DNA from: Hyphomicrobiales bacterium
GTDB taxonomy: Bacteria; Pseudomonadota; Alphaproteobacteria; Rhizobiales; Aestuariivirgaceae
Direction: 5' to 3'
DNA: 62,603 nucleotides
Assembly (NCBI GenBank): GCA_003151375.1
Contig: PLXI01000234.1
Coordinates: 1-62,603 of the forward strand
Shown one piece after another: positions 1 to 8,065 of the stretch. The first letter of the stretch is position 1; each line of letters begins with the position of its first letter. The position numbers were made by a program, and so were the translations under genes. The notes under the pieces were generated by a model that was not told where the DNA came from, made no database searches, and saw nothing but the letters and a program-made list of their open reading frames with translations.

Positions 1-284
1 CCGAAGAATTTTGGAAACGGGTTCTCTCCGATCCTATTGGCCGCCGTGAAATCTGGCAATTACTGCAAACTTGTCACACATTTGAAACCAAATTTGGCGT
101 TGGCCCAAACGGGTTCCCAAACTCAGAAGCCACATTCTTTCATCAGGGCGAACAAGCCATCGGCCAGCGGCTTTATCAATCACTTTCTATCATTGATCGC
201 GCGGCAGTGTTCAAAATGCACGATGAGCATGATTCAAGGTATGCAAAGCCCGTGCCACAACGTAGCATTAAGCAGGACATCTAA
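1..284 (+). CDS. 3' part of Bbp19-like protein (joins 62468..62603 across the window junction, 139 aa total)
   Basis: Manual translation across the junction: ...LERLQ|AEEFWKRVLSDPIGRREIWQLLQTCHTF...EATFFHQGEQAIGQRL...QDI*; its TAA overlaps the scaffold ATG (TAATG); lies between portal and scaffold. Confidence 0.75.
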   Translation, partial: EEFWKRVLSDPIGRREIWQLLQTCHTFETKFGVGPNGFPNSEATFFHQGEQAIGQRLYQSLSIIDRAAVFKMHDEHDSRYAKPVPQRSIKQDI

Positions 285-1150
285 TGGCTGAGGCTGAGAA
301 ACCAGAAACAGTTGTGCCAGCCGCCACTGCGGCCGCTGCACCTGTAGTTGAAACTGTCGCAGCACCGGCTGCTGAACCAATTGCCGCCGCACCCGTAACC
401 GCCGCCGAGCCACATCCAAGTGAAGTTCCCACGCTGCTGGAGACTTTCGACAAGGCCGCCACTGATAAAGCTGAGGCTGATAAACTGGCCGCAGATGCTG
501 CAGCCAAGGCCAAAGAACCCGAAAAAACCGCTGAGGCGGCCTCAGAGGCAGACAAAGCAGCCGAAACCGCAAAGGCTGCAGAGGCCGCGAAAGCCGCTGA
601 GGTTAAACCCGTTGAGCCCGCTGTTGTTCCCGAACCAGTCAAGTGGGATTTCAAATTACCAGACACGCTGAAGGCCGATGAGCCGCGCATGGCGCAATTC
701 ACGGGCATTCTCGACAGTCTTTTGACGCCAAAGGAAGGCGAAACCCGCGCCCAAACTGCCCAAAAGCTGGTTGATCTGCACAGCGATGCAATGACGACCT
801 ATGCCAAGCAAGTCTCTGAGGATCAATATCGCACTTTCAATAACACTCGCAAGGAATGGGTTAAGCAGGTTATGGCTGACCCAGAACTTGGTGGATCCGG
901 ACATCAGACTGCCATGGCCGCAGTGGCCCGTATGCGCAACATGCTGGTTACTGAAAAAGATGTTCCAGAGTTTGAAAACTTTCTGCGCATTACCGGCGCT
1001 GGTGATCACCCGCAATTCATGAAGCTGCTTCACAACGCTGCCAGATTTTTTGACGAACCTCCACTACCCCCCGCCAATCCTAAACCTTCTACACTTAACG
1101 GCGGTGGTCCACAAAAACGCGGGATGGCCGCACTCTATGCACAAAAATGA
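284..1150 (+). CDS. Capsid scaffolding/assembly protein
   Basis: Ala/Pro/Glu-rich N-terminus, C-terminal W...DPELGG...GAGDHP motif, immediately upstream of the MCP. Confidence 0.8.
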   Translation: MAEAEKPETVVPAATAAAAPVVETVAAPAAEPIAAAPVTAAEPHPSEVPTLLETFDKAATDKAEADKLAADAAAKAKEPEKTAEAASEADKAAETAKAAEAAKAAEVKPVEPAVVPEPVKWDFKLPDTLKADEPRMAQFTGILDSLLTPKEGETRAQTAQKLVDLHSDAMTTYAKQVSEDQYRTFNNTRKEWVKQVMADPELGGSGHQTAMAAVARMRNMLVTEKDVPEFENFLRITGAGDHPQFMKLLHNAARFFDEPPLPPANPKPSTLNGGGPQKRGMAALYAQK

Positions 1151-1173
1151 TTTAAACTGAAAGGATTACTAAT

Positions 1174-2220
1174 ATGGCAACAGGCGCATGGCCTACCCTC
1201 CTCGACGTAGCAAACCGCACGGATCGTGAAGGTAAAATTCCAGTTCTGGCGGAAATGCTTTCGCAGTGCAACGACATTGAGGACGACGCGCCTTATGTTG
1301 AGGCCAACGAAGCCACCGGCCATGAATTCATCTTCCGCAATTCGCTGCCACCAGGCAATTGGCGCCAGTATAATCGCGGCACGCCATATTCAAAAAGCAC
1401 CGGCGGCAAAGCCCGCGTTGGTCTTGGCATGTTGGAAGCCTATTCGCAGGTTGACCGCGCTCTTGCAGAGCATAGCGGCAACAAAGAGCGTTTTCGTGAA
1501 AGCGAAGACATTGCGTTCCTAGAAGGCATGTCACAAACCATTGCCCAGACTGATTTCTATGGCAATTCCATCCTGACACCAGCCCAATACATGGGCTTGT
1601 CGCCGTTCTATAACACGGTCAACACCGCCACCGCTGCCAACGCCTCAAACGTGTTGAACGGTGGTGGTACTGGATCATCCAACGCCTCTCTATGGTGGAT
1701 TGGCTGGGGCCCAGAGACAATCTTTAAACTGTTCCCACGCGGCTCCAAGGCGGGCCTGTCGATGGAAGACAAGAGCGATACCACGCCGGGCTTTGATAGC
1801 TTCGGCAATCGCTTCGAGGCTTACACCTCATGGTTCCGCATTCAGGCTGGCATCTGTCCAAAAGACTGGCGCTATGGCGTTCGTCTGGCCAACCTTGATG
1901 TGACCAACGCTGGTTTGGCCGGTGCCAATGCTTTCGATCTCTTCGATGGCATGGGCCAAATGCTGCTGCAGGCTCCAAAGCTTGGCAAGACTGATTCAGG
2001 CGTTACCAAAACTGACGCTGTTGAAGATGCTGCCAGTGGCGTTCATGGCGTTTTCTACGCCAATCGTACTTTGCGCCATTACATGGATCGCCAGTCGATG
2101 CGTAACCGCAACGTGCTGTTGACCAGCAGTGATTTTGCTGGTCGTCCGGTCGATGCTTTCCGTGCCCATCCAGTCAAGGTCGTTGATCAGTTGCTCAACA
2201 CCGAAGCCCAGGTCGTTTAA
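1174..2220 (+). CDS. Major capsid protein (BPP-1 Bbp17-like)
   Basis: 348 aa; PTLLDVA...EMLSQ.N.I...EAN...R..LP...WR.YN.G...LEAYSQVD...FLEGMSQ...DWRY.VR.AN...LLNTEA pattern; SD AAGGA. Confidence 0.92.
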   Translation: MATGAWPTLLDVANRTDREGKIPVLAEMLSQCNDIEDDAPYVEANEATGHEFIFRNSLPPGNWRQYNRGTPYSKSTGGKARVGLGMLEAYSQVDRALAEHSGNKERFRESEDIAFLEGMSQTIAQTDFYGNSILTPAQYMGLSPFYNTVNTATAANASNVLNGGGTGSSNASLWWIGWGPETIFKLFPRGSKAGLSMEDKSDTTPGFDSFGNRFEAYTSWFRIQAGICPKDWRYGVRLANLDVTNAGLAGANAFDLFDGMGQMLLQAPKLGKTDSGVTKTDAVEDAASGVHGVFYANRTLRHYMDRQSMRNRNVLLTSSDFAGRPVDAFRAHPVKVVDQLLNTEAQVV

Positions 2221-2259
2221 GTCGTTTAAGCCTTTTAATTCCTTTTTGGAGATATTCAC

Positions 2260-2808
2260 ATGATCACCGACAGCCAACTTTCATTCGTCCCCATCGGCGG
2301 CAACCTTTCTATTGTGGCTGGTGCGGGCATCAACGTCCCATCAACCAACGTCATTGACCTTCTCGGCACTGGCGTTGGCACGGCACCAAATGCTATCATC
2401 GGCACTGCCACTTTGTTTGGCACCGATGCTGGTATTGGCGCAATCAAGGCACAGATCGAGGCCATTACCGGCACCGCCTTTGCCACGGCCAATGGTGGCA
2501 CCCTCAACGTGGCATTCCAGGCCGCACCTGATCTGGGTGTTGGTGGTGGTTATCAGCCCGGCGCTTACACCACATTGGTGGAAACCGGCCCTATCGCCGT
2601 AGCCAGTTTGACGGCTGCGCAGGTTATTGCCCGCTTTGACTTCCCGCCTGCCTTCCCTGCAAACCTGCAACCACGCTATCTGCGCTTGCTGTTTCAGGTT
2701 CCGGCAGCGTCGAACTTCACGGCTGGCACGATTTCGAGCGCCCTTGTTACAATGGTGCGCGATGATCAGGCCAACAAGTTTGCTTCCAGAAACTACGCCG
2801 CTGCCTAA
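2260..2808 (+). CDS. Capsid cement/decoration protein (Bbp16-like)
   Basis: MITD..LSF...STNVIDL...RYLRL...FTAGTI.SALV pattern, directly after the MCP; SD GGAG. Confidence 0.8.
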   Translation: MITDSQLSFVPIGGNLSIVAGAGINVPSTNVIDLLGTGVGTAPNAIIGTATLFGTDAGIGAIKAQIEAITGTAFATANGGTLNVAFQAAPDLGVGGGYQPGAYTTLVETGPIAVASLTAAQVIARFDFPPAFPANLQPRYLRLLFQVPAASNFTAGTISSALVTMVRDDQANKFASRNYAAA

Positions 2809-2810
2809 AA

Positions 2811-3614
2811 ATGGCCCTCGGTCGTCCACGAAAGGTTCCTTTGATGTCAACTGATCAACAAAACCAAGCCAAGCAGTTACCACTGACTGAAACGCCGGAA
2901 TTCAAAGCCGCCGTTAAAGCAGCGGTTACTGCTGCCGCCAAGGAAATCAAAGCCGAGGTGCTGGACGATCTGGCCGCTTTAAAGTCTGAAGGTGGTTCTT
3001 CGGGCAATGCCGAAAGCCTCATGGAGAAATTGGCGCTTCACATCGCTGAAATTTCCGATCAGGGCACGGGCCGCGAGCGTGTGCCGCCAGAAGTCTTGGC
3101 CAAAATGGGTGCTGCCCATAAGCGAATGATCAAGCTTTTGCATGATGCCAAGAGCAAGGGACTGAAGCCAGAATATCGGGTGATCTCGAAAGTCTATCTC
3201 AATGAACGCTTTATTGAGCCATTTAGTGTTGGCGCTGACAAAAGTGCGGTTTACACGGAAATTTTCTGGTCTGGCGCTCCAAATGATGGATTGTTGCCAA
3301 TCAATGATATTGCCAAGCAAATCTTTGCTGAATTCAAGAACTCTGTTGGCAATGCCATCAAGTTTGCGGGCCAAGATGATCGTCCTCTAGTCTTGACCCA
3401 TGGTGGATTGATTGTGAAAGGCGATCTTGGCGCGCGCAATGTCGTTGGCACTCTTCCTGATCAAAAGGCATTTGATGCTGACAGAATGCCAGGCGAGGAT
3501 TATTCATCCGATGGTTTCGGTGGGAAAGCACATGAAAACCCCAACGCTGAGTTCGTGCATATCCTTGGCACAGTAATGCCGGCCGCACGTCAGAACAATC
3601 AGGCGCAAGGGTAA
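2811..3614 (+). CDS. Hypothetical protein (head module)
   Basis: 267-aa ORF tightly packed in the late operon. Confidence 0.7.
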   Translation: MALGRPRKVPLMSTDQQNQAKQLPLTETPEFKAAVKAAVTAAAKEIKAEVLDDLAALKSEGGSSGNAESLMEKLALHIAEISDQGTGRERVPPEVLAKMGAAHKRMIKLLHDAKSKGLKPEYRVISKVYLNERFIEPFSVGADKSAVYTEIFWSGAPNDGLLPINDIAKQIFAEFKNSVGNAIKFAGQDDRPLVLTHGGLIVKGDLGARNVVGTLPDQKAFDADRMPGEDYSSDGFGGKAHENPNAEFVHILGTVMPAARQNNQAQG

Positions 3615-3619
3615 TTTGA

Positions 3620-4489
3620 ATGGGCCTTCCCGCACCACTTGGAGTTTCTGCAACTGGCGCACCGCCTGCGGGTGATGCTGCCAGCGGCGTGATTTCGGGC
3701 ACCTTCTCTGCGGTAGGTCCAGGCCTTCCATTCTCATTTTTCGGCCCGTTCAACGTCGAGTTATATGCCTCTATCACCAGCTCATTGACCACCACCAATG
3801 GGTCGCTCAACGCCTCTGTCGTAAGTGGCACTGGCATTGCTGCGGGAGTGGCGATCAACAGCAAGAATGTTCCACGTGGAACAACTTGGGCCACATTCTC
3901 TGGCACGTCTGGCACCTTGGCGCTGCCAACCATCAGCCTGACCGGCATTGTATCGACTGCCGCGGCGCAGATTTCATGTCTGGCATCGACCGCTGGCCTC
4001 GTGGGTTCAACCGTCACTGGTCCTGGCATTCCTGCCAGCACAACCGTTGTGTCCGTTCTTGTCGCTGCGGTGGCTGCAAGCGGAAATTCGCCCGGCACGC
4101 CAGGCGTCGTTCAGATTTCAGCAATTCCAACCAGCGCGCCGACAACCAACGCGCCGCAAGCCTTCTCATTCGCTCTTACTTCGCAGGCCATCACCACGGG
4201 TGTTGATGCCGCAGTGGTATTCACTGGAGCCGCCATCTCATTCAGCGCCACGATACAGCTTGAGCGCAGCTTTGACGGCGGTGCAACATGGCTTGTCGCC
4301 AATTTCGACAATAAGGGAACGCTGGCTCAATACACCACAGGCACGCCAGTCTCGGCGTCGTTTGGTGAGCCAGAGAACCAAGTTCTCTATCGCTTGAATT
4401 GCATCGTTTACAGCTCCGGCACGATCAACTATCGCATTTCTCAAAGTGGTGCTCTTGCCACAAGTCAATCATTCGCCTCTTCAACGTAA
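3620..4489 (+). CDS. Putative virion structural protein (beta-rich)
   Basis: Ser/Thr/Gly/Ala-rich, IQLERSFDGGATW motif, in the structural operon. Confidence 0.65.
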   Translation: MGLPAPLGVSATGAPPAGDAASGVISGTFSAVGPGLPFSFFGPFNVELYASITSSLTTTNGSLNASVVSGTGIAAGVAINSKNVPRGTTWATFSGTSGTLALPTISLTGIVSTAAAQISCLASTAGLVGSTVTGPGIPASTTVVSVLVAAVAASGNSPGTPGVVQISAIPTSAPTTNAPQAFSFALTSQAITTGVDAAVVFTGAAISFSATIQLERSFDGGATWLVANFDNKGTLAQYTTGTPVSASFGEPENQVLYRLNCIVYSSGTINYRISQSGALATSQSFASST

Positions 4490-4501
4490 AGGATTTTCAT
4501 C

Positions 4502-5173
4502 ATGGCCAATAGCTATGCAACCAGCACACAACTCGTAACCGTCCTCACCGGCACTGAACGAGTTGTCATTGACAATGGTGGGTCTGTTATTGCCGAAACG
4601 ACCACACAGGCCATCGTTAATTTGGTTTCACAAAACGGATTGCCATTTGGCAATGGTGGTGCCGTTGCTGGAGTTGAGGGCAATATCAATCGCCAGATCA
4701 GTTCTGCGGGTGTTTCTCCTGCTGCCACGGGTGCCGATAAGGTGATCGCCGTCTATTCGCTGCCTGCCAATTCGCTCGTTGCAAATGGACAGGGCCTCAA
4801 CATCATCGCTCAAGGTTCATTTGCCGCAAACGGCAACACCAAGGATGTTAAGATCATTTTTGGCTGCACGACTGCTGTAGTTGGCTCAACAGTGACGGGC
4901 GGCACGACAATTGCCGATACTGCTGCTGTGACAACGAACGGTGGTGGTTGGGCGATTGAGGCCAATGTGTTTAAATATGGTGCGGCCAATTCCAACACCC
5001 AGATTGGTCTTCATCAGCAAGTCCAGGTAGGTGGTGCTGTTGCGGCCCTTTTGGCTCCAGGCCTCACCACGGCGACGGAAAACGCTCCAATTCTCATTGC
5101 AATCACAGGCAATGCCACCACGTCAGCAGCCGACATCGTTTTAAACTTTTTAGAGATAAATGCGATGAACTGA
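4502..5173 (+). CDS. Putative virion structural/decoration protein
   Basis: 223 aa, Thr/Ala/Gly-rich beta-sandwich-like composition; SD AAGGA. Confidence 0.65.
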   Translation: MANSYATSTQLVTVLTGTERVVIDNGGSVIAETTTQAIVNLVSQNGLPFGNGGAVAGVEGNINRQISSAGVSPAATGADKVIAVYSLPANSLVANGQGLNIIAQGSFAANGNTKDVKIIFGCTTAVVGSTVTGGTTIADTAAVTTNGGGWAIEANVFKYGAANSNTQIGLHQQVQVGGAVAALLAPGLTTATENAPILIAITGNATTSAADIVLNFLEINAMN

Positions 5174-5217
5174 GGACTTATTTAACCTTTTCTTCAACTT
5201 TAACACGGAGATACCCA

Positions 5218-6504
5218 ATGAAAAAGTTTATGCTAATCGGCAGTCTTGCCGCAGTTTTGTTCGGTGGCGCCGCATTGGCGCAAACTGTTCCAGTGCCCTT
5301 GGTACAGGGTATCAATCCAGCCGACGTGTTTCAGGACGTGGCAGGTGGCCAGCCCACCTCGACCAATTATTATGCCCCGGCCCCTATGCTCGGCAACTAT
5401 GGTTCAACACTTCAGGGCAACAACGGTGAAAATGCGCTGATCGGTGGTGACTTCGGCACCAACCTATTTCAGCGCACCACTTCGGTGGGTTCGATCACCA
5501 CGACCTATCTCTATACGGCTGATCGCTGGTTTGCATGGTCTGGCACTGCCACGACCCTGACGGTGACACAACAGACCGGTGCCACTGATATTCCCGCCGG
5601 CTTTAACGCTTCCCTGCGTGTCAACAAAGGCTCAGGCGCTGGCGTTGTGCAGGCCTGCATCGCACAAGAAATTGAAACCACCAATTTCCTGCGCTTCCAA
5701 GGCCAAACGGCTGAACTTGATTTTAGCGCCAAGGCTGGTGCTTCATTCTCAGCAGCATCTAGCAACTTGCAGGTTTCCATTGTTTATGGCACCGGCACTG
5801 ATGAGGGCGCACAGAAACTTGCTTGGGGCTTTAATGCTGGCGGCGGTGGCTCAACGGCATGGACTGGCCAGGCCAATGCGGCCGCCAATCTTTTAGTACC
5901 AATCAACACGGCTTGGAATCGCTACAGTGTTGTTGCTCCTATCCCTGCAACAGCAACCGAAGGGGCCGTGGTGATCTGTTACACGCCTGTTGGAACCGGT
6001 GTGGCTGCAGACTGGTTTGAATTCACTGGCGCGCAGCTGGTGCCAAACTCAGCATTGACCACAGTGGCTGGTGCATCTGGTGCGGTTCTTGCCGCCAATG
6101 ATGTGCGCGCCAAGAGCTTTGCCCGTCGTCCAAACGCCGTGGAAACCGCATTGCAAGAGCGTTATTTCTATCGCTTGACCGAAACTGCAGCAATCACCCC
6201 TGTTGCACCATGTTCGGCTGTTGATACCACGCACACCAATTGCTTGGTTCAATTCCCAGTGCCGATGCGCGCGGCTCCGACCTTGAGCTTTGCAACCGGC
6301 TTTGCTTCGCCAACTTCAACCACTCAGGCAACGCTTGGTGCTTGCACCACACTTGCTGCAGCAGTGACTGTTACCAGCACGGTAGCCAACGTGCTTAATG
6401 CGTTGGTCAACTGCACCGCCACCACTATTCCGGCGGCTGGCATTGCCTCGTTCCTCTACTCGAACAATGGCACTGGGCTGATTTCGGCCAGCGCTGAGTT
6501 GTAA
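5218..6504 (+). CDS. Fibre-like virion protein with carbohydrate-binding-type domain and N-terminal signal peptide
   Basis: MKK + hydrophobic core + AALA|QT; NALIGGDF...FQR...YTADRW and E.ALQERYFY...FPVPMRAAPT motifs typical of phage fibre proteins; SD GGAG. Confidence 0.7.
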   Translation: MKKFMLIGSLAAVLFGGAALAQTVPVPLVQGINPADVFQDVAGGQPTSTNYYAPAPMLGNYGSTLQGNNGENALIGGDFGTNLFQRTTSVGSITTTYLYTADRWFAWSGTATTLTVTQQTGATDIPAGFNASLRVNKGSGAGVVQACIAQEIETTNFLRFQGQTAELDFSAKAGASFSAASSNLQVSIVYGTGTDEGAQKLAWGFNAGGGGSTAWTGQANAAANLLVPINTAWNRYSVVAPIPATATEGAVVICYTPVGTGVAADWFEFTGAQLVPNSALTTVAGASGAVLAANDVRAKSFARRPNAVETALQERYFYRLTETAAITPVAPCSAVDTTHTNCLVQFPVPMRAAPTLSFATGFASPTSTTQATLGACTTLAAAVTVTSTVANVLNALVNCTATTIPAAGIASFLYSNNGTGLISASAEL

Positions 6505-6510
6505 TAGATA

Positions 6511-6533
6511 AGGGCCGCAGATAATGCGGCCCT
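6511..6533 (+). terminator. GC-rich hairpin (terminator or mRNA stabiliser)
   Basis: AGGGCCGCA-GATAA-TGCGGCCCT, perfect 9-bp stem just after a stop codon; no U-tract. Confidence 0.45.
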
Positions 6534-6565
6534 CACTACTCGATATGTCGAACAGGACGAAAGCT

Positions 6566-6796
6566 ATGGCTGAGAAACGCAAGAATTGGGTCAAGAAGGC
6601 CGTACCAGCCGCCCATCGTGGCAAGTTCCGCGAGAAGGCAGAACGCGCTGGCATGTCAACTGCAGCCTATGCCAAGAAGGAAGCGCACGCACCTGGCACC
6701 TTGGGCAAGGAAGCCCGTTTGGCAACCACGTTTTTGGGAATGTCGAAGAAAAGATCAAAGACTTCTATTCTTTATGATCATAAAGGGGGGCAATAA
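6566..6796 (+). CDS. Small basic phage protein (possible DNA-condensing core protein)
   Basis: KNWVKKA...HRGKFR...PGTLGKEARLA.T, Lys/Ala-rich; ATG 6566 has AGGA upstream. Confidence 0.65.
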   Translation: MAEKRKNWVKKAVPAAHRGKFREKAERAGMSTAAYAKKEAHAPGTLGKEARLATTFLGMSKKRSKTSILYDHKGGQ

Positions 6797-7308
6797 TGTC
6801 ATTGGCCACCACAACAGAAACACGATGCGAGGAACACCGGCGTTATAATTTGGAATATTACCACAGGAAAAAATTAGAAGACCCAGATTATAACAAGAAA
6901 TCTTGGGCGAAGAAGAAAAAGCGCTTAATTGAAGAAGGTCGATATGAGATCTATATGAAGGCCCGTGTGAATGCTGTTACAACGTCACGAGCAAGGTATC
7001 GCCATAGATATCTCAGACCAGATATAGTGAAACGAGAAGCGGTAATTGCGGCACTTGGTGGAAAATGTGTTTGTTGTGGTTATGATGCCGATGTTAGAGC
7101 GTTGACCCTCGATCACAAAAATGGTGATGGATACCTCGATAGGAAGCGCTTAGGAAGTAAAATTGCTCGGTATTATTACACACGAATAGATGAAGCTAAG
7201 AAAAATTTACAGGTGCTTTGTTGCAACTGCAACACCATAAAGTCTATGGAAAACAAAGAGCACAATCGTTCTAGGCGTGTACACGAAACTCCCCAACAGA
7301 AGGACTAA
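6796..7308 (+). CDS. HNH-family endonuclease (free-standing homing-type)
   Basis: LGGKCVCCG...LTLDHKNGDG...NLQVLCCNCN; AT-richer than its neighbours; inserted in the structural operon. Confidence 0.8.
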   Translation: MSLATTTETRCEEHRRYNLEYYHRKKLEDPDYNKKSWAKKKKRLIEEGRYEIYMKARVNAVTTSRARYRHRYLRPDIVKREAVIAALGGKCVCCGYDADVRALTLDHKNGDGYLDRKRLGSKIARYYYTRIDEAKKNLQVLCCNCNTIKSMENKEHNRSRRVHETPQQKD

Positions 7309-7313
7309 TTCAA

Positions 7314-7745
7314 ATGGCTGAAGAAACAAAGCGCCGCGCCTCAAGGATGTACGACAAGTCAGAAGGTGGTGAGAAAAAACCTCGCACAGAGCGGGTTGAT
7401 GATAAGTCGGAAGAACACACCGAATCCAAGAAGGAAAAAAAGGCCGAAGCCAAAGACCCCAAGGCTGAGAGCCGTGAACCCATGCACGAAAAGCATCGCA
7501 AAGAGCGTGAAGATATGCACAAGGCGCATGAAACCGAGCGCCGTGACATGCACGGAAATCACCGTGAGGAACATCGCAAGATGGCCGCTCGGCACGAAGA
7601 GGCGCACAAGGCACTCAACACCAAGCAGGATGCCGAACTTGCCGCACCTCCAATTCAACCTATGCCGCTGCCAGATGCTGGCGCGGCGGGCGGTGCCGCT
7701 GGTGGGACTCCTGCGGCCGGCGGTGCCGCTCCCATGGCGGCATAG
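7314..7745 (+). CDS. His/Glu/Lys-rich protein with 11-residue repeats
   Basis: HRKEREDMHKA/HETERRDMHGN/HREEHRKMAAR/HEEAHKALNTK; SD AAGGA. Confidence 0.7.
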   Translation: MAEETKRRASRMYDKSEGGEKKPRTERVDDKSEEHTESKKEKKAEAKDPKAESREPMHEKHRKEREDMHKAHETERRDMHGNHREEHRKMAARHEEAHKALNTKQDAELAAPPIQPMPLPDAGAAGGAAGGTPAAGGAAPMAA

Positions 7746-7747
7746 CC

Positions 7748-8065
7748 ATGATCGAACTCAAGAGCATGGAGCTTGACGATGAGGACAAGCAGGACACGGT
7801 AACACCCTATCCGATGCCTGATAAGCCGGATTTCCCCTATGGCTTGCGGATTTCATTGACTGATAAGGAATTTGAAAAACTTGGGATTGATGAACAATCG
7901 GCGGAGGTTGGTGGGACTGTTCATCTGCACGCCATGGCCAGAATTACCTCTGTCAACCATACGCAAAACGATGGCGGCGATAAATGTTGCCGCGTGGAAT
8001 TACAGATCGAAAGCCTCGCAATAGATAGCTTCGAGGACGAAGAAGATGAGCCGGAGCGTTATTGA
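7748..8065 (+). CDS. Capsid staple-like protein (epsilon15 gp10-like)
   Basis: PYGLRISL...EKLGI...VG..VHL.A.A.ITSV...VELQI pattern. Confidence 0.7.
   Translation: MIELKSMELDDEDKQDTVTPYPMPDKPDFPYGLRISLTDKEFEKLGIDEQSAEVGGTVHLHAMARITSVNHTQNDGGDKCCRVELQIESLAIDSFEDEEDEPERY

Noticed and set aside
2212-2229. GTCGTTTAA tandem duplication at the capsid stop as a frameshift or readthrough signal
   Set aside because: The second copy places another in-frame TAA, and no slippery site leading into the next gene was evident
5182-5198. CtrA-like box TTAA-N7-TTCA upstream of the 5218 gene
   Set aside because: Single imperfect match in an AT-rich spacer, expected by chance
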